Source: Octopus vulgaris (taxonomy: Eukaryota). From it: DNA of 64,000 nt. Below are positions 50,801 through 61,900 of this stretch, piece by piece (positions within the stretch are counted from its first letter, which is position 1; each line of letters starts with the position of its first letter). Made by a program: the position numbers and the translations under genes. The notes below the pieces were generated by a model that did not search any database, was not told where the DNA came from, and saw only the letters and a list, made by a program, of their open reading frames with translations. The stretch is from contig OX597814.1 of NCBI GenBank assembly GCA_951406725.2, positions 33,852,001 to 33,916,000 on the forward strand, read 5' to 3'.

Positions 50801-53800
50801 TACAGTTGACAGAATAATCTGAATGCTAAAGGGTTAAATAAGTGGTTCATAGATGATATTAAATCTTGAAGCCAAGTCTGTTTTGTCTTTTTTAGTTCAC
50901 ATTTTCATCTCATGTTCTTTTAACCATCCTGGCGTGTGTGCCTCATAAATCATAAAAAAATATGTTGGAATGAAATTGGTGCAGTTAATATGGTATCTAA
51001 GAGTAAAACGGCAAGCTGGCAGAATCATTATTGTACTGGACAAAAATGCTTAGCGGCATTTCTCCTGACTTTACATCCTGAGTTCAAATTCTTCCAGGGT
51101 CGACTTTGCCTTTTATTCTTTTGCAATCTACAAAATAAGTAACAATTAAATACTTGTGTCAATTTAATCAACTTAGACCCTTCCTCAAACCTGCTGGGCT
51201 TGTGTCAAAATGTGAAACCAGTATGGTACTTAACAGTGTTTCAGGTTGATAGATGGTTTTGCACTGCAAAAAATGCCTAGTTTTGAAGGAAACCTTTAGC
51301 TTCATCCCCAATAACAATACACCCATAAACAGAGATGTCGTCCTTTTCCAGTCCTACATGAAAAAATATCTGGCTATGGGGAAATATTACCTTGCCTGGA
51401 AACTATATCCACTAACACCAAACTCTCTGGTATTCCAAGCCAGTTAACTGACCAGAGCTACTCTAGTTCTATGCTGAATATTTTCATCAGTTAATGTGCT
51501 TCACCTCTGATCCAACCAAACAGTTAGATGGATGACTGGTCACCCACATTAGGCATATCCCTCACATAATTAAAATCTAAAATTAACTCACAAACTTCCA
51601 AGTGGTTCACTCATAGCTGCACAATCAAAGAATCCTGCTTACAACAAAGGTGGAAGTCACTCAGTTAACCCCTTTCATACCAACGCACTTGAGATCACCC
51701 TGTTTCTGTAACACAAACTTCATATTTTAAAGCGAGCTAAATTAAAACTTTCCAACCAAATTCCATGTCAATTTACGGCCTAAACTCTATCTTAATAACA
51801 ACAAAAGTTATTTTACTGAATTCTTTATTATTTTAAAAGTTAATTGAAACAAAGCATGTTTTTAGCTGAAATATGGTAACAAAAGGGTTAACAGCTGAGA
51901 TGCATTTACTCGTACACTACAACATTTGCTAAGTGAATATCTGAAGAGTAAAGGAGGTTTCCATTTGTTGCATGGTTAACAAATTAGTGCTGTGCCCTCT
52001 GCTTCCTAAGTGACTCCTTCAACTTTGCAGAACACTCCTACCTGTTGCCCCACAAACAAAAGGGCCCTTTAAAAAGTACTCCTGCAAACAAATACACTAT
52101 ATTTACTCTTTTACTTGTTTCAGTCATTTGACTGCGGCCATGCTGGAGCACCGCCTTTAGTCGAGCAAATCGACCCCAGGACTTATTCTATCGGTCTCTT
52201 TTGCCGAACCGCTAGGTGACGGGGACGTAAACACACCAGCATCAGTTGTCAAGCAATGCTAGGGGGACAAACACAGACACACAAACACATACATATATAC
52301 GACAGGCTTCTTTCAGTTTCCGTCTACCAAATCCACTCACAAGGCATTGGTCGGCCCGGGGCTATAGCAGAAGACACTTGCCCAAGATGCCACGCAGTGG
52401 GACTGAACCCGGAACCATGTGGCTGGTTAGCAAGCTACTTACCACACAGCCAATCCTGCGCCTATTTGCTGCTCTTTTTTTTTTAATTTCACATTACATG
52501 CATAAAAACCTTCTGCTGCCCTCTCTCTGTTGTGATAGAACACTTCTTCAATAGTTTTGAAGCCCCACCTCTTACAGACTTTTAAAATGCCAGTACTTAA
52601 ATCTGGTGACATGGAGTAAAAGGATTGATGGCAAAGCATATCAAATAGATATTACTAAGTCAAGTGGGCTGAGACTATGTGGAACAAAGTGTTCTGCTCA
52701 GAAAAACAAAATCTCTGTAGTGAATTTGAACCCAGGACATATAAATAAATAAGAATATATTATTTACTTTTTCATTTGTTGAGGCAGATTTTCTATAGCC
52801 AGATGCCCTTTCTGTTGACAGCCCACACCTATTTCCAGGCAAGGTAATATTTCCCCATCACTAAGTATGCTTTTCACAGAAAACTGGAAATGGACATCGT
52901 TTTGTGTGATAGTGTTGCTCTTTTACAACCATGATATGATGTCAAGACAAGGATACACAAAACACACATACACATGTATACTCTTTTACTTGTTTCAGCC
53001 ATGGGGCTGTCGCCATGCTGGAGCACCACCTTTAGTCCAGCAAATCGACCCCAAGACTTATTCTATCAATCTCTTTTGCTGAACAGCTAAGTTACGGAGA
53101 CGTAAAAACACCAGCATCGGTTGTCAAGCGATGTTGGGGGTAAAAACACAGACACACAAACATATATATATATATATACATATATACGACGGGCTTCTTT
53201 CAGTTTCTGTCTACCAAATCCACTCACAAGGCTTTGGTTGACCCAAGGCTATAGTAGAAGACACTTGCCCAAGGTGCCATGCAGTGGGACTGAACCCGGA
53301 ACCATTTGGTTGGTAAGCAAGCTACTTACCACACAGCTACTCCTACGCCTATTTATATATATAAGCTTCCAGTTTTTGACTACCAAGTCCACTCACAAGG
53401 CTTTAGTTGGCACAAGGCTATAATAAAAGATACACAGTAAGATTGAACTTGAGACTAAATGATTAGGAAGCAAGTGTTTTAAGCACACACACTTGGAGTT
53501 ATATAACAAATTTTGCCAACCCTTCCTGTACAGTAACTTTTAAACCCAGGAATTCTCTTGTTGACCATACGTCCAACTCATTTGCAAGTGTTTAACTTAA
53601 ACATTCTCATCTCCTAGTTTAGGAGGGTTTAAAAACAGCAATGCATTAAGGCAGTGAAATGGCAGTCATTAAGCAGTGGATAGAATACTTTGCATTATAT
53701 ATTTCCACTCTTTGCATTTTGAGTTCAAATCCCATTGAAATTAACTTTGCCTTTTTATCCTTTTGGAGTTTGATAAAAGTACCAACCCAAGGCAATGAAT

Positions 53801-56800
53801 CTAAGGAACTGTGAGAATGTTGAACCAGCTGCATGGCAGTATTTGTTGTGAATTTTTGCAGTGGCCTACTTAGATCATAGACTTAATGTACCACCCAGTA
53901 TAACACTAGCAACTTAGATGCCTTTAGCAGAGGACACTCTGTTGCAAGCATCCAGTTTCAGGATACTTTCCACCCTCTCACCATTCTCTGAAACCCCGTA
54001 AGAGGATCATGTACACTGCTTCTCTTGACAAGATAAACAAATTTTCTTTTCTGATCAATATTTAAGATTTATGTAGATTAACCAAGCAATAAATTTATGT
54101 GATGGGCTATTTCAACAAAAGATATAAGTATTTTACTGAAGGAAAAAATCCTTTTGGAGTAAATAAGAAAAAGGTACACTAGCTATATATATATATAGGC
54201 GCAGGAGTGGCTGTGTGGTAAGTAGCTTGCTTACCAACCACATGGTTCCGGATTCAGTCCCACTGCGTGGCATCTTGGGCAAGTGTCTTCTGCTATAGCC
54301 TCGGGCCAACCAAAACCTTGTGAGTGGATTTGGTAGACAGAAACTGAAAGAAGCCCGTCGTATATATGTATGTATATATATATATGTGTGTGTGTATGTT
54401 TGTCCCCCTAGCATTGCTTGACAACCAATGCTGGTGTGTTTACGTCCCGTCACTTAGCGGTTTGGCAAAAGAGACCGATAGAATAAGTACTGGGCTTACA
54501 AAAAATAAGTCCTGGGGTCGATTTGCTCGACTAAAGGCGGTGCTCCAGCATGGCCGCAGTCAAATGACTGAAACAAGTAAAAGAGTATATGGCTTAGTGG
54601 TTAGGGTGTCAGCATCATGATTGTAAGATTGTGGTTTCGATTCCTGGGCCGGGCGACGCATTGTATTCTTGAGCAAAACACATTATTTCATGTTGCTCCA
54701 GTCCACTCAGCTGGCAAAAATGAGTAACGCTGTGATGGACTGGCGTCCCATCCAGCTGGGGAACACATACACCATAGAAACCGGGCCCATGAGCCTGGCT
54801 AGGCTTTAACAGGGCACATTTATATATATATATATATATACTTTATTTAAAAGCAGCAGAAATTCAACAAAACCTGTTACTTGGAGTTTCACGTTCCCGT
54901 TCGTCGGACTGTTTTGTTAAAATTTTAACAAAACTGTCCGACGAATGGGAACATGAAGCTCCGAGTAACAGGTTTTGTTGAATTTCTGCTGCTTTTAAAT
55001 AAAGCATATTACTCTACCCCTGGTATTTGAGTACTCTTTTTTCCACCTTGTTTCACATTTATGTGTTTACTCCAGTATATATATATATTTATATACATGT
55101 ATAGACAATATGGCCTAAGATATTGTTTTGTTTTTATATTGGCACAAGGTCACTTATTTATAGGGTAAGGGATCAAGTTTCAGTATATAATACTTATATA
55201 ATCGATTGGAAATCAAATTTGATCCTAATGGTATGTGAACTTACATACCATTAGCTGTGAGCTGGCAGAAACGTTAGCGCGCCGGGCGAAATGCGTAGCC
55301 GTATTTCATCTGTCGTTACGTTCCGAGTTCAAATTCCGCCGAGGTCGACTTTGCCTTTCATCCTTTCAGGGTCGATAAATTAAGCACCAGTTATGCACTG
55401 GGGTCGATGTAATCGACCTAATCCGTTTGTCGGTCCTTGTTTGTCCCCTCTGTGTTTAGCTCCTTGTGGGTAGGAAAGAAATATATATTTCAGAGAAAAA
55501 AAAAAAAAGGCGGCGAGCTGGCAGAAACGTTAGCACGCCGGGCGAAATGCGCATTTGTATTTCGACTGTCGCTACGTTCTGAGTTCAAATTCCGCCGAGG
55601 TCGACTTTGCCTTTCATCCTTTCGGGGTCGATTAAATAAGTACCAGTTGCACACTGGGGTCGATATAATCGACTTAATCCGTTTGTCTGTCCTTGTTTGT
55701 CCTCTCTGTGTTTAGCCCCTTGTGGGTAGTAAAGAAATAGGTATGTGAACTTAGAGGATGCAGCAACATATCACAAGGTATTTATATGGTACGCTAATGA
55801 TAAACTATATCGTTCAGTAACGTGTATTTTTCGTTATATTTCCGTTCCGGTTTTTTATACTTTAATTTCCTATTTTTTTTAATTACTCAAAAACTACTGC
55901 GTAATTTTTATTAATACGCTCTGCCTTTAATTTACTGCATACTAATTGAGTCTTGTTACCGAAAACTGCGTTTTTGAATTTAACAGTCTAATACTTCAGT
56001 TAATTTTCTATCAGTATTCCGGTAGCACTAGTTTGACTTCGTAAGGTAACAAGTAAAATCAAAACACGAAATAACTAATACCTCGATAAGAAATATGTGG
56101 GATTTTTGGCGATCTTTCGTCTCTAGTAGAACTTTCCGTCGATTTCCGTAAAAATTTTTTTTTTTTTTACATATGGGCTTGCGGGAACTTTTGAAGTAAT
56201 ATACATACATATACACATACACCGAGTAAAAAATTTCAGTTATCTCTTTCTTTCACACATTACTCTGTCTCTTTACACACACTAACAGAAGCACTTCACT
56301 TACACAACATACTGTCTGTCTCCCACACCCCATCAAACACACACATGTACATTAATGCTTCACATGCACGGTAACTTCAAAAGAACTTCCCTCGTCATAC
56401 AATCGCTTTCTCTTAGTCTCTTTCGCTCTCGGTACTTCTCTATTGTCGTGGTCCCGGTTTCGCACACGCGAATTCGCGCGTGCGCGCGCGCCAGACGTAG
56501 GTACTCGATACTCGAGATCCTACGAGGTGACTTGCGCATGCGCAGTGCAGAATTCGCGCATGCGCGTTAAACCCCCCCCTAAAAAAAAGGTGTTGGATTT
56601 CACTAAAAATATATATGTGTGTGTGTGTGTGTGTGTATATATAACATTTTCAATTTTACACAAAAAAATTACATAGTCGCTTTCCTCGCGGATTTACAGA
56701 GAAATGAATTAATTACTATTTTACAGAATAAAATTAATGAATTAATTATATAAATTAAATAATTCTTGAAAATTAATTAATATTAATAATATTTTTTGAA

Positions 56801-58433
56801 CAAAGTAAATAATTTATAAAACTTGGTTAATAATTTTTTTTACACAAACGCGAACGTATATAATTTGTGAAACTTTTTTTTTTTTACAGACGTATATAAT
56901 TTGGTAAACTTAATGAATTAATTTCTTCTCATCATCATCATCGTTTAACGTCCGTTCTCCATGCCAGCATGGGTTGGACGGTTCGACCGGGGATCTGGGA
57001 AGCCAGAAGGCTGCACCAGACTCCAGTCTTATCTGGCAATGTTTCTACAGCTGGATGCCCTTCCTAACGCCAACCACTCCGAGAGTGTAGTGGGTGCTTT
57101 TTACATGCCACCCGCACAGGTGCCAGGCGAGGCTGGCAACGGCCACGGTCGGATTGGTGCCAGTCGAGGCGGCTCTGGCATCGGCCACGATTCGGATAGT
57201 GCTTTTTACGTACCACCAGTCCAGGGGTCCTGGCATTTGCCGGGTGCCACACTTGCCCCAACATGTCTTCGCAAGCAAAGGGGTGCCTGTCGTGGGATGA
57301 GGTTCGATATCAACTTCGCTTGCCTCAACAGGTCTTTGTGTATAAATGTATAAATTTTTCGCACTAAATTCTTTCCGTAGAATTTATCAAAAAACGCGCA
57401 AAATTATTCCGTAGACTTTATCAAATTAAAAAACGCAAAATTAATATATTTTTTGAAATTGCAAATTATTTAGAATATAAAACAAATTAAGTTAAATTTT
57501 AAAAATAAATGTCATATACTTATACTCTGTAAGGTGCTGTGTTCACACTTCAATTTACTATTTTCTAGAAATGTTGCTTTTCTAATTGAAACAATTTTTC
57601 TCAATCTCCATTTTCGCGTGTGCGAAACCGGGACCACGACAATAGACAAGTACCTCGCTCTCATTACTTCAAAAGTTCCCGCAAGCCAATATGTAAAAAA
57701 AAAAAATTTTTTATGGAAATCGACGGAAAGGTCTACTAGAGACGAAAGATCGCCGGATTTTTTTTATTTGTAAAAGCGACTAAAATGCATCAATTACCTC
57801 AAAGTTTAATTAAAAAGGAATAGTATTATATAAGTAGAAGGTAGAAATGATAAATAAAGTGTAATATATCAGTGATATTTTTAAGTGTATAAATGAATTC
57901 TTTTTCAGTGACATTTAATGACAAGTAACTAATATCTGTCTATTTAGCTGGAACACTCTGTCACAATACCCCTGGGATGGAGAAAAAGTCGAAGGCTGTC
58001 CCACAGGCAACCTTCGCCTTTTTTTAATCGGGCCATGCGCAGGAAACTGAAATGAAAAAGTTAATAACTAAATCATTATATATTTCATAATTTAAATATT
58101 AACTAAATGTATATATAAAGTCTGCAATTGTAAGGGGTCCTCCAACTAAATCCATACACTGTCGATGATTATTATTATTTCTTTATTATTAAAAGCAATG
58201 AATGTCCTGTATGAAGGTCAACCGGTGGGGAACAAGTGATAAAGAGGAGAAAAATACAGCACCGAATTAATAAGGATATCTGATTATAACAGAGAACATC
58301 ACATGTCTCACATAATTCAGGATAAAGAAAACAAAGTGATAATTTATTTTAGATTAGAAAATGTAGAAAAATAAATGAAAAAGTTACCAGCAGAAGTTAA
58401 GGCAGAGCGAAGAACACGCACAGAAGCCGCCAT
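28180..58433 (-). CDS. TUFM: Mitochondrial elongation factor Tu, 12 coding exons, 461 aa: join(58388-58433,50004-50059,48241-48391,45704-45870,43988-44092,43419-43487,41625-41717,39597-39729,36978-37082,32055-32206,30654-30830,28180-28311)
   Basis: All introns GT-AG with consistent phases; total 1386 nt; motifs [61 protein letters not shown]; N-terminal Arg/Ser/Ala-rich targeting peptide. Confidence 0.95.
28543..28922 (+). mobile_element. SINE-like family A (GTTGGCGTTAGGAAGGGCATCCAGC core, ~60-bp internal tandem units, (GAT)n tail)
   Basis: Many copies: 1-65+, 14849-15215-, 16190-16490-, 17111-17512+, 20349-20537-, 24260-24540-, 25583-25862-, 33225-33558+, 34020-34532+, 35920-36255+, 45311-45640-, 46850-47198+, 56930-57335- (approximate). 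Confidence 0.85.
30654..30830 (-). CDS. TUFM: TUFM exon 11
   Basis: [15 protein letters not shown]...FSRTWD...MMMPGED. Confidence 0.95.
32055..32206 (-). CDS. TUFM: TUFM exon 10
   Basis: [39 protein letters not shown]. Confidence 0.95.
32756..33167. repeat. 206-bp direct tandem duplication
   Basis: 32756-32961 repeated at 32962-33167. Confidence 0.9.
36978..37082 (-). CDS. TUFM: TUFM exon 9
   Basis: [34 protein letters not shown]. Confidence 0.95.
37158..37553 (-). mobile_element. Non-autonomous Helitron (complete)
   Basis: Minus strand A|TCTTTATATATAAAAG ... CCCGAGCAACGCCGGGCGATACTGCTAG|T. Confidence 0.85.
37830..38090 (+). mobile_element. 5'-truncated Helitron, same family, opposite orientation
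   Basis: Same 3' end CCCGAGCAACGCCGGGCGATACTGCTAG|T and internal blocks shared with 37158-37420. Confidence 0.8.
39597..39729 (-). CDS. TUFM: TUFM exon 8
   Basis: [44 protein letters not shown]. Confidence 0.93.
41048..41490. repeat. 99-bp tandem repeat x ~4.5, amplified SINE core
   Basis: Units start at 41048, 41147, 41246, 41345 and 41444. Confidence 0.9.
41625..41717 (-). CDS. TUFM: TUFM exon 7
   Basis: [31 protein letters not shown]. Confidence 0.93.
41905..42300 (-). mobile_element. CR1/L2-type LINE 3' fragment (second copy ~24545-24755)
   Basis: [22 protein letters not shown]...TRGHAYKV..., ending in a (TTA)n tail. Confidence 0.75.
43419..43487 (-). CDS. TUFM: TUFM exon 6 (NKxD)
   Basis: [23 protein letters not shown]. 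Confidence 0.93.
43988..44092 (-). CDS. TUFM: TUFM exon 5
   Basis: [35 protein letters not shown]. Confidence 0.95.
45704..45870 (-). CDS. TUFM: TUFM exon 4 (switch I/II)
   Basis: [44 protein letters not shown]. Confidence 0.95.
48241..48391 (-). CDS. TUFM: TUFM exon 3 (P-loop GHVDHGKTT)
   Basis: [25 protein letters not shown]; AG/GT boundaries. Confidence 0.95.
48941..49506 (+). mobile_element. Internally deleted mariner element
   Basis: TA|TTGGGTTGTCAGGAAAG ... CTTTCCGGACAACCTAA|TA; transposase C-terminus [24 protein letters not shown]. Confidence 0.9.
50004..50059 (-). CDS. TUFM: TUFM exon 2 ([19 protein letters not shown])
   Basis: ATTTTAG| acceptor, CAG|GTCAGT donor; 56 nt bridges phase 1 to phase 0 exactly. 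Confidence 0.75.
50455..50800 (+). mobile_element. tRNA-derived SINE family D with 11-bp TSD, nested in a piggyBac-like MITE
   Basis: TSD TACAGTTGACA (50444-50454 / 50801-50811); A-box TGGCTTAGTGG; (TCCTA)n tail; relatives 31374-31700+, 45998-46380-, 54588-54820+, ~60870-61017-. Confidence 0.85.
51669..51887. mobile_element. Second piggyBac-like MITE family
   Basis: TTAA|CCCCTTTCATACCA ... TGGTAACAAAAGGG|TTAA. Confidence 0.6.
54841..55075. mobile_element. Penelope-like element remnant: inverted pseudo-LTR pair with hammerhead-like motifs, inserted in (TA)n
   Basis: 82-bp-arm palindrome centred at 54922/54923; each arm has CCGACGA-stemII(GGAA loop)-GAAR-short stemIII-GTA; flanked by TA repeats. 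Confidence 0.65.
54927..54979 (+). ncRNA. Minimal type I hammerhead ribozyme-like motif (antisense copy 54866-54918)
   Basis: AACAAAA-CTGT | CCGACGA | ATG-GGAA-CAT | GAAG | CTCCGAG | TA | ACAG-G-TTTTGTT; core deviates from consensus (U4C in both copies; A15.1G in this copy). Confidence 0.5.
55509..55742 (+). mobile_element. tRNA-derived SINE family C (GGCGGCGAGCTGGCAGAAACG head, GAGTTCAAATTCC B-box, CTTTCATCCTTTCGGGGTCGAT core)
   Basis: Copies 373-600-, 10665-10895+, 13647-13865+, 17721-17952+, 26350-26700- (dimer), 38665-38887+, 44267-44672+ (dimer), 55253-55485+, 61923-62155+ (approximate). Confidence 0.85.
56533..56566. promoter_or_regulatory. Two adjacent NRF1-type palindromes in TUFM intron 1
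   Basis: TGCGCATGCGCA (56533-56544) and CGCGCATGCGCG (56555-56566) in a local CpG-rich patch. Confidence 0.45.
58388..58433 (-). CDS. TUFM: TUFM exon 1 ([15 protein letters not shown], mitochondrial presequence)
   Basis: AAAATGGCGGC start context, donor G|GTAACT, phase 1 matches exon 2. Confidence 0.85.
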
Positions 58434-58560
58434 TTTGCCAATCGCGTGGTGAGAGTAAGTTGTCTGCTACCGGTGTAAATTAGGAACTTAACGTCATCTA
58501 TTTTCAGTCCGGTCCTGCTTGGACTTCCGGCTCAAGGTGGAGTTTTAAAAATAAATACTT
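58425..58560 (-). promoter_or_regulatory. TUFM core promoter region (housekeeping type)
   Basis: YY1-like AAAATGGCGGC over the ATG, ETS-type CCGGAAGT at 58523-58530 (minus), CRE-like half site ACGTCA near 58491. Confidence 0.55.
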
Positions 58561-58594
58561 AACTTTTTTTCACGATGCCACTATTGGAAAGATG

Positions 58595-59003
58595 GGATCT
58601 TTTCGGTTTGAACGGCAGTTTTTTTCTAGCGGTGTCATATGAAATTGTCACCCATAATTATGATCCTAGTATCGATCTATTGCATTTCAATCTATTTTAG
58701 GGTTAGGGGTGGGGAAGGGTATCTTTTTTTCTTCAGAAATGTAAATAAACCCAATCTGTTTCTTAAACGAGGGACATTTTCATACGGCACAGAATGTTGT
58801 TTACCTCAGTGGACGTCATTGATTGGTTGAAATTGCAGAAATTGAAGAAAAAAACAACAAATATCTTACAAACTATAGAATTTTCTCAATAAAGCCAAGA
58901 GAAAAAGATGTTTTATAAACACATTCTACCAGTATACGAAGTTAAAAATTTTTTAGTTACCTAGAAATTATGTTAAAAACTGCCGGTCAAACCGAAAATA
59001 TCC
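58595..59003. mobile_element. MITE with ~29-bp TIRs and 8-bp TSD (Merlin-like), in the TUFM promoter
   Basis: GAAAGATG|GGATCTTTTCGGTTTGAACGGCAGTTTTT ... AAAAACTGCCGGTCAAACCGAAAATATCC|GAAAGATG. Confidence 0.8.
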
Positions 59004-61389
59004 GAAAGATGATAGAAGGTAATACTTATTCATTCTTAAAGTTATACATACCTACATCCACGCACGCACGCGCGCGCACACACATACATTCTATCTAACT
59101 CATTCCCTCCTCACCCGTCTCTGTTTCTGTCTGTCTGTCTCTCTCTCTCTCTCACACACACACAATCTCAACTTAAAATAGAAGAGAACAGCACACTTGC
59201 AACCTGTATTGAGAAACTGATAGAATATGCTCTTTTACCATGTTACCCTTGTTAAGTAGCTCACCTTTTCAACATTTTCTAGTCATTTTGATTTTAACAT
59301 GAAATAAATATTTCGAAGAGTGATGTTTGCAAATGCAGAAGAATTAATGAACACATTTCCCTGTTTTATTATTATTTATCTTCCATTACAATGGAAATAA
59401 AAATAAAAGCCACCAGTAATAAAAAAAAAGACTATCAGGGGAGATAACCTTCATAACGTATTTAAGAGTTATCTACCTTGAAATCAACAGTTTTTTTTTT
59501 ACCGTTCAGTATCTGGTATATGTCTGTCGTGTGTGATTGGTAAAAAATCATAGCCCTTTGTAATTTAAATGTCAGCTGGAGATAACCGATGTAGATAGTA
59601 AGGATATTTAGATGTTCTTTATGAATCTGTTTAAAGAGATAAAAGATCTCGTTGTATAAATGACTGAAGTTCATTTTGACGCTGTTAATTGTCTAGGTCC
59701 GAGTTGGCTTCGACAGAGCAAACCTATAATTACTAAAAGTTTTGAAACCATGAATTCATTTTTTTAACGTCAGATATTACATATCCCAGACAGCACAATC
59801 CAAAGCTATGCGCTTTTGTAGACGTTGTTTGAAGAAGATTTGTTGATTGAGTAACCATTTAAAGACACTTCCGTTGTCCCGATGGAAATATAGTTGTCAA
59901 GGGGGCATTTAATAACTTATTTCTGATTTGGTTTTCAATGAGGTTTTCATTTATATATATTAAAAAAAAAAAAAAATACTATATTGCATTCGAGTAAATA
60001 TGTTGTTTAGTTCTAAGGTGATGATAGAAATAGCGTTAAAATTATCTTTATAATATTTGAAATATTGAAACTTTTGGAAAGCTACCAAGGAAATAAAATT
60101 TTATATCCATGTGATGTACTGGGATAGCTAACAATTTGAATGGACGACCATTGCTCAGAGGAATTACTGTAAAAATAACCAATTTATGCTAGATGGTTGT
60201 TATAATTAGCGTTGGAAGTTTAGTGAGATGGGTGGATTGAAAAAGTTTCTAGACGTTTTTTATTTGCTAGTTTAAACAGTATCAAAACTCTTACTCCTCC
60301 TACTGGTAATAAAAATGTTCCTCTGCAAATGAAAGCTAATCAGTATTAGAGCTGTGTAAAAAAGTGTGATGCTGCTTGGCAGTAGAAAAAAAAAAAGAGA
60401 AGTATATGAGACGTATAAAGTTACGTATGGATGTATAAGTCGTAGAGGAAATTGATGTGTAATGTTATCATGTAGGAATCTCTGAGAAAATGTGGGTTGA
60501 AAATCGAACAAGATAATTCTTCTTTTCATGAGTTTAGGTTTGATGGCCGAGCATAAGCAGTACACCTGGTTTATCATCAGAACCAGTGGCATGATTCAAT
60601 GACTGGTCGTCGGATCTTCGAAAACGGGTATCTCTGTCTGAGCTGAGTACTTCAGCAATTTCTCTTACCTTCCACATCTCTGAGACCCCCTTTGGTCACA
60701 AATGACCATGGGATTGCACCTAGAAAATTACCCTCCGAGGCACAAGTCCGGTCAAAGTTGTTTATGGAAGACCAGCAGTCGCCCAAGCATATCGGCCTCC
60801 TCTCTCCACACCACCGATGTCATCCAAGAGAAAGGCAAAGGCTAATGCAGCTTGGCACCTGTGACGTTGCAACTCATTTCTACAGCGGAATGAACTGTAG
60901 CAATGTGAAATAAAGTGTCTTGCTCAAGAACACAACATGCAGCCCGGACCGGGATTTGAACTTACAACCTCACGGTCGTAAGTTTGATGCTCTAACCACT
61001 GAGCCATGCGCCTTCACGAATTTGTCAAAGTTCTTAATTATAAACATCACTGGCGATGTTTAATGCTAAACATACAAATCAATTATAGACCAGCAACATC
61101 TTGTTGTAAATCTATTTCCTTGATTTTATTGACTTTTCATTCATGTCACTATATTAGTGTGCCTCAGTGGAAAGCACCTCACTGACTAATTCAAATTGAC
61201 AGGTAATCTTTCGTTCAGAAATCAACATGAAACTTGGTCTTTTAATTTGTTTGGTAACAAATGACTTCTTTATGTAGAAACATTTGTCCGTTTAATTCAT
61301 TTCCTCAAACAAATCAGATAAAAGCATTCGTTGTTCTTTCATGCTGGTGGGTGTGACACCATATTTTTTTATGATTTTGTCTCAAAGAA

Positions 61390-61900
61390 GGCATGATGCT
61401 AATGGGATATAAAGGATACTACTGTGGAATAAATTTAAAAGATGTTGGTTGACAGAATGCTTATAGAACAATATCATAGCCCAGAGGAAAACAAAATGAT
61501 GGCAGTGGGTTCCAGAGAGCAGCGGTTCGGGGAAAGAAGCTATTAGCATAAAAGGACTTGTGATTAACAGGAAGTTCAACAAAGCCACAATGCCCCCTGG
61601 GATACATTTAAAGGTTTTGTCAGAGGTAAATAGACCAGAAAGTTCATCAGAACAAAGATCACAGATATACTTATAGAAAAAATATGACAAAGATACATTT
61701 TGATGATTAGCCGAATACTCCAACCCAGTAGAAAGAAAAGAACTCGATTCTGAATTTGGTCAAGCACTGGTTTTCATCAGTGTGGACGTAAAGTACAGTT
61801 GGAGTATATTCTGACACCATGCATGACATCTCTGGCAAAGTGTACATAGCAGCAAAACTGAATCTAGAACATATTTGGCATTGGAATAAAACAGTAATAC
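61390..61900 (-). mobile_element. Old LINE (CR1/L2-like) 3' remnant
   Basis: Degenerate LDQIQNR / SLSYFFYKY C-terminal ORF2-like fragments. Confidence 0.4.

Noticed and set aside
28180-58433. Bacterial tuf contamination or horizontal transfer
   Set aside because: Eleven spliceosomal introns and a mitochondrial presequence show it is the nuclear TUFM gene
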